A stretch of DNA of 64,000 nt from an uncultured Acidobacteriota bacterium (GCA_963697745.1 CAVOPD010000019.1:37163-101162); one strand, 5' to 3'; positions 1 to 14,318 are shown, numbered from the stretch's first letter. The notes: generated by a model not told the origin, from the sequence alone. Numbers and translations are program-made.

Positions 1-2914
1 AGAGTGCTATCGCGGGCATCGTCAGGGATACGTCCGGGGCTGTGCTGCCCGGCGTGACCGTAGAAGCGGCGAGTCCTGCGCTTAATCGAAAAAACCCGGG
101 CGGTCACCACCGATGGAGAAGGCCGCTACAACATCGTCGACCTTCGACCGGGTGTCTACAGCGTCACGTTCTCCCTGGAAGGATTCAGCACCGTCAAGCG
201 CGACGGGATCGAACTGCCCAGCGGGTTCACGGCCACGATCAACGGCGACCTGAAGGTCGGATCACTCGAGGAGACGATCACCGTGTCCGGCCAGTCGCCG
301 GTCGTCGACACCTCCACAGCCGTGCAGCAGCAGGTGCTGAGCCGCGCGGTGCTCGACGCGGTGCCGACCGGCCGCAGCGTGCCCACGCTGGGTGCGATGC
401 TCCCAGGCGCGCGCCTGGCGCTGCCCGACGTCGGCGGCACGTCCGGCATGCAGAACCGCGACCTCACCGTGCACGGATCGGACGGCCGCGACACCACCTT
501 CATGGTGGACGGCATGATCCTGAACGGCATCGAGGGCGACGGCAGCGTGCAGAGCTACTTCAACGACATGATGTTCGAGGAAGTCAGCTACCAGACCAGC
601 GCCATCAACGCCGAAACGTCGGCCGGCGGCGTCCGCGCGAACATGATTCCCAAGGACGGCGGCAACGCGTTCAAGGGCACCGGCTTCTTCTCGGCGCGGC
701 AACGACTCGATGCAGTCCGACAACTCGGCCGATGCGATCGCCAAGGGGCTTGCGGGCGCCGCGACGCGCTGAGCAGGGTGTGGGACGTCAACCTCGCCGA
801 AGGCGGACCGATCAAGAAGGACAAGCTCTGGTTCTTCACGTCGTTCCGCGACTGGGGTGTCGAGCAGTACATCGCGAACAGCTTCTTCCGCTACGGGACC
901 GGAGGCCGGTCAGCAGACGATCGACGATGCCCGCATCACGAGCGCGATGCTGCGTCTGACCACCGCGTCGGCGACAAGCACAAGGTCGCGGGGTATCTGG
1001 ATCGCATCCGCAAGTTCCGCGGACACGAGAACTCGGCGCCGGCCGGCTACGCGATCGCCGGCGAGGCGACCGACATCCGCGCGCCGAAGCAGTACTACAC
1101 GAGCGAGTTCAAGTACACCGGCACGCTCACCAGCAAGTTCCTCATCGAGGGCGGCTTCGCGATCAACAACGAGAGCTACTCGCTGACGCCGCAGGATCCG
1201 GGCACCGTGCCGCCGCTGCCGAGCGGCGGCGGAAGCAACCCGGCGCCGACCAACTCGCTGGTCATTCCCAAGCGCGACACGATTCTGCTGACGGCGTACG
1301 ACCAGTACGACGGCGGCATCTACTACCGCGAGCCGATCCGCAAGACCTTCATGGGCGCGGCCTCGTACGTGACCGGCTCGCACAACATCAAGGTGGGCAT
1401 GCAGTACGGCTACGGGTACTTCTGGCGTCAGCGTCGCGAAGCGGCCGACCTGATTCAGCTCTATCGTTCGGGTGCGCCGTCGCAGGTGATCATCCACAAC
1501 ACGCCGCAGGACTCGCGCACCGACATGAACGCGGACCAGGGCATCTACGCGCAGGACTCGTGGACGGTCGGCCGCTTCACGATCAACCCGGGCATCCGCT
1601 TCGAGCACTTCAACAGCTCCATCGACGAGCGCTCCGCGCTGCCGCGGCCGCTTCGTGCCGTTCCGGACCTTCGCAGCGACGTGAGAACGTGCCGAACTGG
1701 AACGACATCTCGCCGCGCCTCGGCTTCGCGTGGGACGTGCAGGGCAACGGCAAGACCGCGGTGAAGGTGGGCTTTGGCAAGTACATGCGCGCGTACTCGT
1801 CGGGCTTCTCGGATACCTACGATCCGAACTTCTACACGTCGGCGACTCTGACCTGGCCGACCTGAACGGCGACGACATCGCGCAGGGCGGCATCCAGTAC
1901 GCTGCTGACGGCACGCGCGTCCCCTGCACGTTCCGTGCGGCCGGCTGCGAAATCGACTTCTCGAACCTGCCGATCACGTTCGGCGTGAAGCCGCCGCAGA
2001 ACTTCGTGCGAAGACATCAAGCGGCCGTACCAGTACGAGATGAACGCCAGCGTGCAGCGGGAGATCGTTCCCGGCACGTCGGTGACCTTCTCCTACATCC
2101 GCCGCGACTACAAGAACCTGATCTGGGGCGACAACCTCGCCATCGACCCGTCGGATTACACCAGGTACACGGTGACGAATCCGTACGACACCACCAAGAC
2201 CGTGGACATCTACAACCTGAACCCGGCGAAGGCCACCGCGTTCAACGTCCTCGATCAGAACTCGGACCAGAACTCGCGTGTCTACACCGGCTTCGACGTC
2301 AGCTTCCAGACCCGCGCCAAGGGGCTGAACCTGTTCGGCGGCTTCAGCGCCGGCCACCAGATCACCAACACCTGCCAGGTGGAGGATCCGAACTTCCTCA
2401 ACTACTGCGATCAGAACCAGTACGACATCCCGATGTACAACCAGTTCAAGCTGAACGGGTCGTACAACCTGCCGTGGAAGCTCCAGATAGCGGCGTCGGT
2501 GCAGAGCTACAACGGCGACGCGCGCAACGCGACGGTCGACACGCGTCATCGCCGCGACCGACCCGTCGCTGCGCGTGATCTGGAACGTCGACCGTCCCAC
2601 GTTCCTTGCGGCCACGCAAGGCTGCGGGCTACAACAGCGGCGAACGGCGTGAACGCTGACGCAGTCGTCGGTGAACATCCAGTTGATCGAGCCCGGCTCC
2701 AAGCTGCTCGACCGTCAGAACCAGGTGGATTTCCGCCTCAAGCGGCCGTTCAACCTCGGGCGTCTTCAGCTCGAAGGACAGTTCGATGCGTACAACGCCT
2801 TCAACTCGGGCGTCGTGCTCACCACGCGTGCAGACCTTCGGCACCGCACTCGACCGGCCGGCGACGATCCTCCAGGGTCGCCTGATTCGTCTCGGCCTGC
2901 AGGCGCGGTGGTAG
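1..2914 (+). CDS. TonB-dependent receptor-like outer-membrane protein (CarboxypepD_reg-like N-terminal domain, then plug and beta-barrel). The 5' end is off-window and the frame is broken many times
   Basis: Recognisable pieces lie in different frames: SAIAGIVRDTSGAVLPGVTVEA / IEKTRAVTTDGEGRYNIVDLRPGVYSVTFSLEGFSTVKR / ITVSGQSPVVDTSTA / MIPKDGGNAFKGTGFF / KKDKLWFFTSFRDWG / ENVPNWNDISPRLGFAWDVQGNGKTAVK / DAYNAFNSGVVLT / ILQGRLIRLGLQARW-stop (2912-2914, aromatic C-terminus typical of barrels). There are at least 11 frame switches (about 84, 693, 769, 895, 962, 1640, 1683, 1855, 2010, 2540, 2825). Confidence 0.8.
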
Positions 2915-2954
2915 AACGTTAGTCGGTTGAAGTCGTTGCAGTCGACAAGTCGCG

Positions 2955-2999
2955 AGACGAAAAAGGGGCGGACTGGAATTCCAGTTCGCCCCTTCGTCT
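2955..2999. terminator. Long GC-rich hairpin between convergent genes, probably a bidirectional terminator
   Basis: AGACGAAAAAGGGGCGGACTGGAA / TTCCAGTTCGCCCCTTCGTCT are inverted arms with a 2-nt bulge and one mismatch. The centre ACTGGAATTCCAGT is a perfect palindrome. It lies between the receptor stop (2914) and the LytTR stop (3091). Confidence 0.6.
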
Positions 3000-3007
3000 G
3001 TACCGCT

Positions 3008-3092
3008 CCCCGATCCCTGATCCCCGATCCTCCGATCCCCGATCCCTCCGATCCCCGATCCGTCCCGATCCCTGATCCCTGATCCCTGATCT
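3008..3092. repeat. Tandem heptamer array CCC(C/T)GATC, about 11 units with small insertions
   Basis: Direct reading shows cgatccctgatccccgatcctccgatccccgatccctccgatccccgatccgtcccgatccctgatccctgatccctgatc. There are 11 GATC tetramers between 3012 and 3091. The array abuts the stop codon (3091-3093) of the minus-strand response regulator. Confidence 0.9.
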
Positions 3093-3869
3093 AGAGCGGC
3101 TTGCCGAGCCTCGCCTGTATCGCGTCGCGATATCCACGACTCAGCGTGAGCCGCGTCGCATTGCGCAGCAGCACGACGTACTCGCCATTGAACGACGACT
3201 GCATTTCCTGGATGCGATCGACGTTCACGATCGTGGAGCGATGGATGCGCATGAACTGCTGTCCATCGAGCTGCGACTCGAGGTGGCTCATCGTGTCGCG
3301 GATCAGGTATTCCTGCTGCGCGACGTGCATGCGGACGTAGTTGCCGGCGGCCTCGCACCAGTCGATGTCGCCGGTACGGACGAAATGAATCCGCCCGCCT
3401 GACTTCACCATCAGGCGGTTGCGTCGGCCGGCGGCCTGCTGGTCCCGCGCCACGGACTGCGGCGCAGTCGATGCGGCGTCGCCACTCGCCTTCCGCTTGG
3501 CCAGATGTTCGCGGGCGTGTCCGAGCGCCGCGCGGAAGCGATCGGAGCTGAACGGCTTCAGCAGGTAGTCGAGCGCGTGCACCTCGAATGCGCGCAGCGC
3601 GTACTGATCGTAGGCGGTGACGAAGACCACCGCGGGCATCGCCGTTGGCCTGGATGGTGCGCGCGAGGTCGATGCCCGGACATCTCGGGCATCTGGATGT
3701 CCAGGAACAGGAGATCCAGCTGCTCCTGCTCGATGGCAGCGCGGGCTTCTTCGCCGGTCGCGCACTCGCGCACCAGCTCGATGTCTTGCTCGCCGCTCAG
3801 CAGCGAGACGACGCGCGCCCTGGCAATCGGCTCGTCGTCGGCGACCAGTGTCCGGATCTTCTGGTTCAT
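3091..3869 (-). CDS. LytTR-family response regulator (receiver plus LytTR DNA-binding domain), one frameshift
   Basis: The N-terminus MNQKIRTLVADDEPIARARVVSLLSGEQDIELVRECATGEEARAAIEQEQLDLLFLDIQMPEMSG lies in the frame of ORF 3558..4739. The rest, PAVVFVTAYDQYALRAFEVHALDYLLKPFSSDRF...LMVKSGGRIHFVRTGDIDWCEAAGNYVRMHV...RIHRSTIVNVDRIQEM, lies in ORF 3091..3876. The frame switches near 3655. The ATG is at 3869. Confidence 0.85.
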
Positions 3870-4984
3870 GCAGCACCTGCCTTCATCGGTTCGGCCACTG
3901 AGGCCGTCGGCCGTGAACGGGATGGAGATCGTCACGCAGAATCCCTCGTCGTTCGAGAAGACGAACGCGTGATCGGCACGGTAGAGATGTTCGAGCCGGG
4001 CGCGGGTGTTCGTGAGCCCGACACCCTGGTTGAGCAGCGTCAGGTAGTGCGGCGCGACGCCATCGCCGCTGTCGCGGATCCGGATCACCAGACGATTGCC
4101 CTCGCGCCGGGCTTCTATCGCGACCCGGCCCTGGCGCGTGTGGGGAGCGACGCCGTGGCGCACGGCATTTTCGACGAGTGGTTGCAGCAGGAAGTTCGGC
4201 ACCATGGCGGCCAGCGTGTCCGGCTCGATGCGCATCGCCACGCTCAGGCGCCGGCCGAAGCGGACCTGTTCGATGTCCAGGTACTTCTGGAGCATCTCGA
4301 GTTCTTCCTTCAGCGGCAGTTCCTGCACGTTGCCGGACTCGAGCGCCATGCGGAGCAGGTCGCCGAGCCGATCCATCATCCGATCGGCGGCCTCGACATC
4401 GGTGCGCATCAGGCCGGAGATCGCGTTCAGCGTGTTGAACAGGAAATGCGGCTGGAGTTGCCGCTGCAGCGACTGCAACTGGGCCTCGATGAGCCTGGTT
4501 TCCAGATGCGCGCTGTCCAGCGCGCGGCGTTCCGACTCGCGACGGTAGGCGAGCGCGTGAGCCAGACCCACGAGGAACAGGTAGGTCATCAGGATCCAGT
4601 CGAGCTGCGTCAGGTACTCGATTCGCGCCGCGATCCACCAGCCGCGAGGCGGCGGATTCTGCTGCATGAGCAGAATCCGGGTGCCCAGCATCGCGGCCGA
4701 GTGGATGACCGAGTAGGTCAGCGCGCCGGCGATGTGCACGGCGAATGGCCGCCAGCCGTGGCCGCGTGCGAACTGGTACCGGGTGGCGACGCCGCATGAT
4801 GATCGGCGCCATCAGCGCGGGGACGTACCAGTAGACGAGATTCAGGATGACAACGTGAACGCGCCATCCCGCCGACAGGTTCGCCTGCAGCGGCCGACAG
4901 CAGGTACGACTGGATGCTGGAGGAAATGCCGAACGCGGTGGCGATGCCGAGGAGCAGCGGCAGCGACGGTCGACGGGAGGGCAT
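3866..4984 (-). CDS. Membrane sensor histidine kinase of the LytS/YehU type (His_kinase plus HATPase_c), partner of the LytTR regulator, frameshifted
   Basis: LQSLQRQLQPHFLFNTLNAISGLMR (His_kinase H-box) and LLQPLVENAVRHGV...IRIRDSGDGV...GVGLTNTRARLEHLY (ATPase) are present. The N-terminal TM segments are split over three frames (MPSRRPSLPLLLGIATAFGISSSIQSYLL / WRVHVVILNLVYWYVPALMAPIIM / FAVHIAGALTYSVIHSAAML). The 3' end is uncertain. A TGA overlapping the regulator ATG (ATGA, 3866-3869) is in another frame. Confidence 0.8.
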
Positions 4985-5138
4985 GACAGCACTATCAGCG
5001 CCACGGGCGCTGTGGTCAAGGCGCTCGTCCCTGCAGATGCCGCGAAATCGACATTCGTCCCGCGCCAGCCGCAGTTCGTCACCGCAAACGGCTGCGGGGT
5101 CTTCGGCAGACCGTGCAACGTCGCAGAAATCGTCGAAA

Positions 5139-5164
5139 GGGGTCAGACCCCGGGGTCTGACCCC
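5139..5164. repeat. Perfect 26-nt palindrome GGGGTCAGACCCCGGGGTCTGACCCC (REP-like element)
   Basis: The sequence is self-complementary on direct reading. Related GGGTCT..AGACCC hairpins occur at about 5097-5113 and 41984-42003. Confidence 0.85.
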
Positions 5165-5308
5165 ACCGTCAGGACGCCACCGACGACGCGGCAGTCAGCC
5201 GCGTCCTCCCCGATTGCCGCTGTTCACGTCATCGCAGACCGCTTCCATCCCCGAAACGTTGCCCGCGTCAGCACGGCATCCAAAGATGCGCGGCGAGGAG
5301 TTGCCGCC

Positions 5309-8773
<3,465 letters not shown>

Positions 8774-8777
<4 letters not shown>

Positions 8778-9264
8778 TCAGCCTGCGGGATGAACGGGAC
8801 GTCAATCCAGTACTGCAGCCCCACGCGCGACAAACGCCACCCGGACACTCGTGCCCGTCTGACGCACGGCTGTGCCCTCCACCAGCCAGCTCTCGCCGTG
8901 CGGGTCGATCGCACCGTTGAGCGTTTCTGGTGCGGCCTGGGGCCGCTCAACCGTCAACGTGACACTCGACGCCACTGACGCGGGCAAATCCTGACGCGCG
9001 GAATCGGTGAAGTAGACGCGATGGTGGCCGTTCGGGTCGAGCACGACTTCGTAGTGCATGTCGTCGTACATGTAGACCACGCCGCCGTGATGCGGGTTGT
9101 GATCGCCGTGGTCCATGCCGACCGCGGCGGTTTGCGCGTCCGCCGCCGCAGCCGGAGCGAGCGCTGCTGCCATCGCAGCATTGCTCGAGTGATCCTTCGC
9201 GCCAGCCACAGGCGCCCGCGGTCACGGCGCACATCATCAGCAGTCCCGCAGACATTCGTGTCAT
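8774..9264 (-). CDS. Small secreted or lipoprotein with a His-rich stretch, frameshifted. Its stop overlaps the next gene's ATG
   Basis: MTRMSAGLLMMCAVTAGACGW.. then AGAKDHSSNAAMAAALAPAAAADAQTAAVGMDHGDHNPHHGGVVYMYDDMHYEVVLDPNGHHRVYF.. then ..VAFVARG / LQYWIDVPFIPQAE-stop, where TGA overlaps the ATG of the 8777 gene (ATGA). Confidence 0.5.
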
Positions 9265-9734
9265 TGATGAAGTTCCCGCGTGCCCGCAGACGTAACGTGC
9301 GTCGAGCGGGAAGCGCGACGGATGGCCACTCGCAAGGTGATTGCCATCGCGTTGCCTGCCAACTGGCGCGCGATGAAGCAGCCGATCACGAATAGTCGCG
9401 CGAATAGTCGTTCTGCCTTGCATTTGCGAGGTGCGTCGCGGATGCGATCCGAGCGTGCTCCGTACTGCGCCCGACATTCACGTCGCATCGGGCGGACACA
9501 AATGTTCGCGAGATCTCCCGCCGCGACGTCGATACCGACACTCCCGTGTGGTTGCCCGTCGCTCTGAACCCGCAGTCTTGTCGGTTTGGAACGATGCGAG
9601 GCTGACGCACTCGCTGCGTTACGTGATTTGTCTCGAGAAATTCGCGATTGCTCGTGTGGCCTGACGGTTGCACTTCGTGACGCATACACGCACGGCACTG
9701 ATCGCGTGCACTCAAGAAGTGAGGGAACAATTCG

Positions 9735-12591
9735 ATGGGACGCCACCTGATACGCGCCCTGCTGCTCGTCATCGTCGCCGCGATTCCTGCACTGGCGCAG
9801 ACCACGAGCGCGACCACCGCCACCGTCATCGGCACGGTCGCTGATTCGTCGGGCGGCACGCTGCCCGGCGTGACGGTCAATCTCTGCGGGCTCATCGATG
9901 ATGGGCATGCAGTCCACCGTCAGCTCGGAGGACGGCAGCTATCGCTTCGTCGCGGTGCCCCCTGGCGAGTACAAGCTCACCTTCGATCTTCCCGGCTTCT
10001 CGACCGTCACGCGCAAGGCGTCCGTCTCGACCGGCAACTTCACCGCGAACGATCAACGTCACGATGGGCGTCGCGGCCCTCGAGGAGAACGTGACGGTGA
10101 CCGGCGCGTCACCGGTGGTCGACACGCAGTCGACGTCGATCTCGACGACGTTCGACAAGGAAACCCTGGCGAACCTGCCGAGCGCGCGCGACTACTGGGC
10201 CATCCTCTCCGAGGCGCCCGGCGTGAAGATGCAGCGCATCGACGTCGGCGGCAGCGCGGCCGGCACCCAGACGACCTACTTCGTCTACGGCACCACCGGC
10301 CAGGTCCGGCCGATGGTCGAAGGCATCAACTCCACCGAGGGCACCAACGCCTTCGGCAACTACGTCGACTACGGCTCGTTCGAGGAGGTGTCGATCGGCA
10401 GCGGCGCATCGAGCGCCGAGAGCCCGGTGCCCGGCGTGTTCACGCAGTTGATCAGCAAGTCCGGCGGCAACACGTACCACGGCTCGTTCTACGGCGACAA
10501 GGAGTGGGAGGACTTCCAGTCCTACAACATCGACGCGGCGCAGATCGCGGCCGGCGTCACCGGCGGCGGCGGCCTCGAGGCGCGCGACACCAATCGCCTC
10601 TCGAGCTACAGCGACAAGAACGCCGACATCGGCGGCTTCCTCAAGAAGGACAAGGCGTGGTGGTACGCGTCGGTGCGCGGGCTCGATTCGATCGGTCCGC
10701 TACACCAACTACCCGGTCGAGGTGTTCAAGACCGAGCTGCGGAACTTCACCGCGAAGGGCACCTACCAGCTGTCGCAGAACAACAAGCTGATTGGCTACT
10801 ACCAGCCGAGCTCGAAGGTGCAGCCGACGCGTCTCGACCGCCAGCTGCTGAACGCGACGACCGCGATTCACCTGGCCACCGACGACAGCTTCCGCCAGGA
10901 CTACCACCCGCTGCTGTGGAAGGCGGAGTGGAACTCGATCCTGACGCCGTCGATCTTCTTCGAGGTCCGCACCGGCGCGTTCGGCTACGACTGGGAAGAC
11001 ACGCCGTCCGGCAGCCGCGCCGAGCTACGAAGATCTCAACACCAACATCGTGTCCGGGACGCGCGCGCGCGCGCGACTACAAGATCAAGCGCAACCAGGT
11101 CCTCGGATCGCTCAGCTACCTGAAGAACGGCTGGATCGGCACGCACAACTTCAAGGTCGGCGGCGAATGGTTCCGCGAGACGCAGACGGCCTACCGCTTT
11201 GCCGGCTCCTACAACGACGTGCTGCAGGTGCTGCGCAGCGGCGTGCCGTCCGAAGTGATGCTGTTCGAGCCGGCGGCGTCCGAGAACGGCCTCTATGTCT
11301 TCGGCACCTACCTGCAGGACAACTGGAAGGTGAACAACCGGCTGACGCTGAACCTCGGCCTGCGCTTCGACTACTACCGCAACTTCCTGCCGGAGCAGAC
11401 CCACGACGCGTTCTCCTACACGACCGCGCCCATCGTGTTCCCGGCCGTCGAGCAATCTGAAGTCGTGGAACCTGCCGGCGCCGCGCGCTCGGCGTCACCT
11501 ACTCGCTCACCGAGCGACGGCAAGACGGTGCTGAAGGGCAACTACGGCAAGTACTGGTGGAATCCCGGCGCGCAGCTGGCGCAGGACAACAACCCGAACC
11601 CGGAAGTCTGGTTCCGCCGCTACGTCTGGAACGATCTGAACGGCGACAAGCTGTATCAGGCCGGTGAAGAAGGCCGGCTGACGAGTTCCGCTGGCGGCGT
11701 CGCGACCCAGGTGATCGATCCCGAACCTGAAGGACAGCTACACGAACGAGATTGCCGGCGTGGCTCGAGCGCGAGGTCATCGCGGACTTCGGCGTGCGCA
11801 CCGGCGTGGTCTACCGCACCGAACGGAACCTTGCCGGTGGCCTACAACCAGAACCGCCCGTTCACCGCCTACACCGTGCCGGTCACGATTCAGGACCCTG
11901 GCCCGGACGGCATCGTCGGCAACGCGGACGATGGGCAGCGCGTATACGGGCTACAACCTGAACGCCGCCGCGCTGGCGCTGCCGATCGTGAACACCTACA
12001 GCAACGTCGACGGCGCGCAGAGCGACTACTACACCTTCGAGCTCACCGGCACGAAGCGCATGAGCCACAACTGGTCGGCGATGATGTCGTTCTCGAAGAC
12101 GTGGAGCGCCGCCCAGACGACACGTTCTTCGGCACCGGCTTCCGCCAGAACGCGCTGCCGGTGTCGCCGCAGGACCTGATCAACACCGAGCCTGACGGGC
12201 AGATCAAGTACACCGACTGGTCGCTGAAGTTGAACGGCACCTACGCAGGCGCCCTGGGGCCTCAAGATCTCGCCGATGCTGCGCTCTCCAGGCCGGCGCA
12301 GAACTGGGGCCGGACGTTCTCCGGCGACGCTGAACTACGGCACCGTGCGCATCGCGGCCGAGCCGCTGGACACGAACCGTCAGCGCGACATCGCGGTCAC
12401 CGACATCCGCGTCGAGAAACAGATCGTCGCTCGGCGGCAGCCTCAAGGTCGGCCCGTTCCTCGATGTCTACAACATGTTCAACACGAACGCCGAGCAGAA
12501 CATCACCTGGGCCTCGGGCGCGTCGTTCCTGCGCCCGACGGCCATCGTGCCGCCGCGGGTCGCCCGGATCGGCGCCAAGGTGAGCTGGTAG
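9735..12591 (+). CDS. TonB-dependent receptor-like outer-membrane protein (CarboxypepD_reg type), paralog of the 1..2914 gene, many frameshifts
   Basis: MGRHLIRALLLVIVAAIPALAQTTSATTATVIGTVADSSGGTLPGVTVNL / MGMQSTVSSEDGSYRFVAVPPGEYKLTFDLPGFSTVTRK / ENVTVTGASPVVDTQSTSISTTFDKETLANLPSARDYWAIL...KKDKAWWYASVRGLDS / FKTELRNFTAKGTYQLSQNNKLIGYYQPS / NRLTLNLGLRFDYYRNF / ..ITWASGASFLRPTAIVPPRVARIGAKVSW-stop (12589-12591). Confidence 0.85.
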
Positions 12592-12616
12592 GCGCGCGGC
12601 CACGATCTTGGCGAAG

Positions 12617-14318
12617 ATGCACAGCATGTTCAGCGCGATTCGCATCGTCCCTCCACTTCTCTGCTGTTGTCGGGGGCCATGTGTCTCGCGCTGGCCGGCT
12701 GTCAACGAGCACCGGATACCAGGGCCGCCGCTCAGGCCGGCACTGCTGCCTCGACTCCAGCAGCTGCCGGGGCGAGTCCTGGTATCCGGCCGGACGGCGA
12801 CACCGAACTCGACGATCGACATGGCGAAGATCCAGAACGACGATCTGAAGAAGGTCTTCACCTACATCGACGCGCATGTCGACGAACACGTCGGGAACCT
12901 GCAGAAGTGGATTCAGCAGCCGAGCATCTCCAACTCCGGCGAAGGCATTCCGGAATCGGCCGAGATGGTCAAGGGCTTCTTCGAGCAGCTCGGATGCCAG
13001 GAGTCGCGCGTCTACGACGTCGGCCAGACCGAGTGGGGATCGCAGGGCAACCCGGTCGTCTACGCCAGGTGCGACGAAGGCGCCGAGAAGACGCTGGTCA
13101 TCTACTGGATGTACGACACGATGCCGGTCACGCAGCCGGACGCGTGGATTGCGCCGCCCTTCGAAGGTCGGCTCGTCGAGCAGGCGCCGTTCAAGAAGGT
13201 GCTGATCGGCCGCGGCGCGACCAACTCCAAGGGGCCGCAGATGGTCCAGTGGAATGCGCTGATGTCGATCAAGGCGATCACCGGGCAAGCTGCCGGTGAA
13301 CCTGATCATCGTCGCCGAGGGCGACGAGGAACGGATGTCGATCGGATACCGGCAGTTCGTCCGGCAGCATCCGGAACTCTTCACGGGAGCCGACGCGATG
13401 TATCGCTTCGGCAGCCAGGGCTTCGGCGGCGGCGGCGAGCTCTCGGGCGGATCCGAAGGCTGCGTCTACGTCGAGCTGACGACCAGCGGCGCGAAGTGGG
13501 GCCGCGGTCCGACGGTCTCCGACATCCACGGCGGCAACAAGCGCAGCGTCGACAGCCCGGCCTGGCGCCACATCCAGATGCTGAAGACGCTCGTGTCCGA
13601 GGACGGCAACAAGGTTCTCATCGACGGCTTCTACGACAACATCGAGCCGCTCACGCAGGACGAGCTCGCGAAGCTCGAAGCCGCGGCCAAGGGGGTCGAC
13701 ATGAAGGTTGCCGCCGAGAACCTCGGCGTCGCGCGCTTCATCAGCGACGACCCGCTGACGTACCTGAAGATGGCCCGCTACGGCACGTCGATGAATCTCG
13801 ACGGCATCTGGGGCGGGAACATGTATGCGGGCGGCGCCGGCGCCATCCTGCCGAACAAGATCACCTCGAAGCACAACTTCCGCTACCTGCCGAAGATGGA
13901 CGGCATCGACATCACGAAGAAGCTGCGCGCACATCTCGACAAGCACGGCTTCCAGGATGTCGAGATGAAGGTGATCGGCGACGTGCCGTGGGCGAAGATG
14001 CGCTACGACACCGACGGTCGCCAGGGCGCTGATGACGACCTACGACGCGTTCGGCATCCGGTACGGCACACCGCCCGACACCGAGTCGATCCTCGGCGGC
14101 TACTGGCCGGCGTATCTCTTCACCGGCGACGTGCTGAACATCCCGATTGTCGGCGGCGCAGCCGGCTACGGCGGCAACGCGCACGCGGCCAACGAGTTCT
14201 ACGTCATCGAAGGCGCGGGCAAGGTCTACGGCATCGCCGGCGCGGAGAAGTCGGTCGCCACCTTCCTCTACAACTACGCAGGCAAGAACGGCCCGGCCCG
14301 CCGGTGTCCACCAACTGA
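12617..14318 (+). CDS. M20-family metallopeptidase (dipeptidase-like) lipoprotein, copy 1, frameshifted
   Basis: Lipobox [13 protein letters not shown], then [52 protein letters not shown]...[12 protein letters not shown]...[13 protein letters not shown]...[14 protein letters not shown]...[19 protein letters not shown]...[34 protein letters not shown]. The start is ambiguous (12617 or 12626). Confidence 0.85.

Noticed and set aside
3008-3092. Possibility that the short-period repeat arrays (3008, 23366, 27808, 57995, 58104) are CRISPR arrays.
   Set aside because: The periods are 7-14 bp with no unique spacers, there are no cas genes in the window, and the arrays are under 100 bp.
3558-4739. 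Histidine kinase and response regulator as a single fused polypeptide. ORF 3558..4739 reads from the kinase straight through MNQKIRTLVADDEP.. without a stop.
   Set aside because: The regulator has its own ATG. A TGA overlapping it (ATGA) exists in a neighbouring frame, the usual coupled arrangement. The read-through is most likely created by an indel near the kinase 3' end.
9265-9734. Riboswitch (for example cobalamin) or small gene in the 470-nt region upstream of the second TonB-dependent receptor. It also contains a direct repeat cgaatagtcg x2 at about 9390-9412.
   Set aside because: I could not recognise a B12-box or other riboswitch core by eye. The ORFs there (9261..9917 -, 9386..9895 -) have non-protein-like composition. 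The 10-mer direct repeat alone is weak evidence, and a covariance-model scan would be needed.
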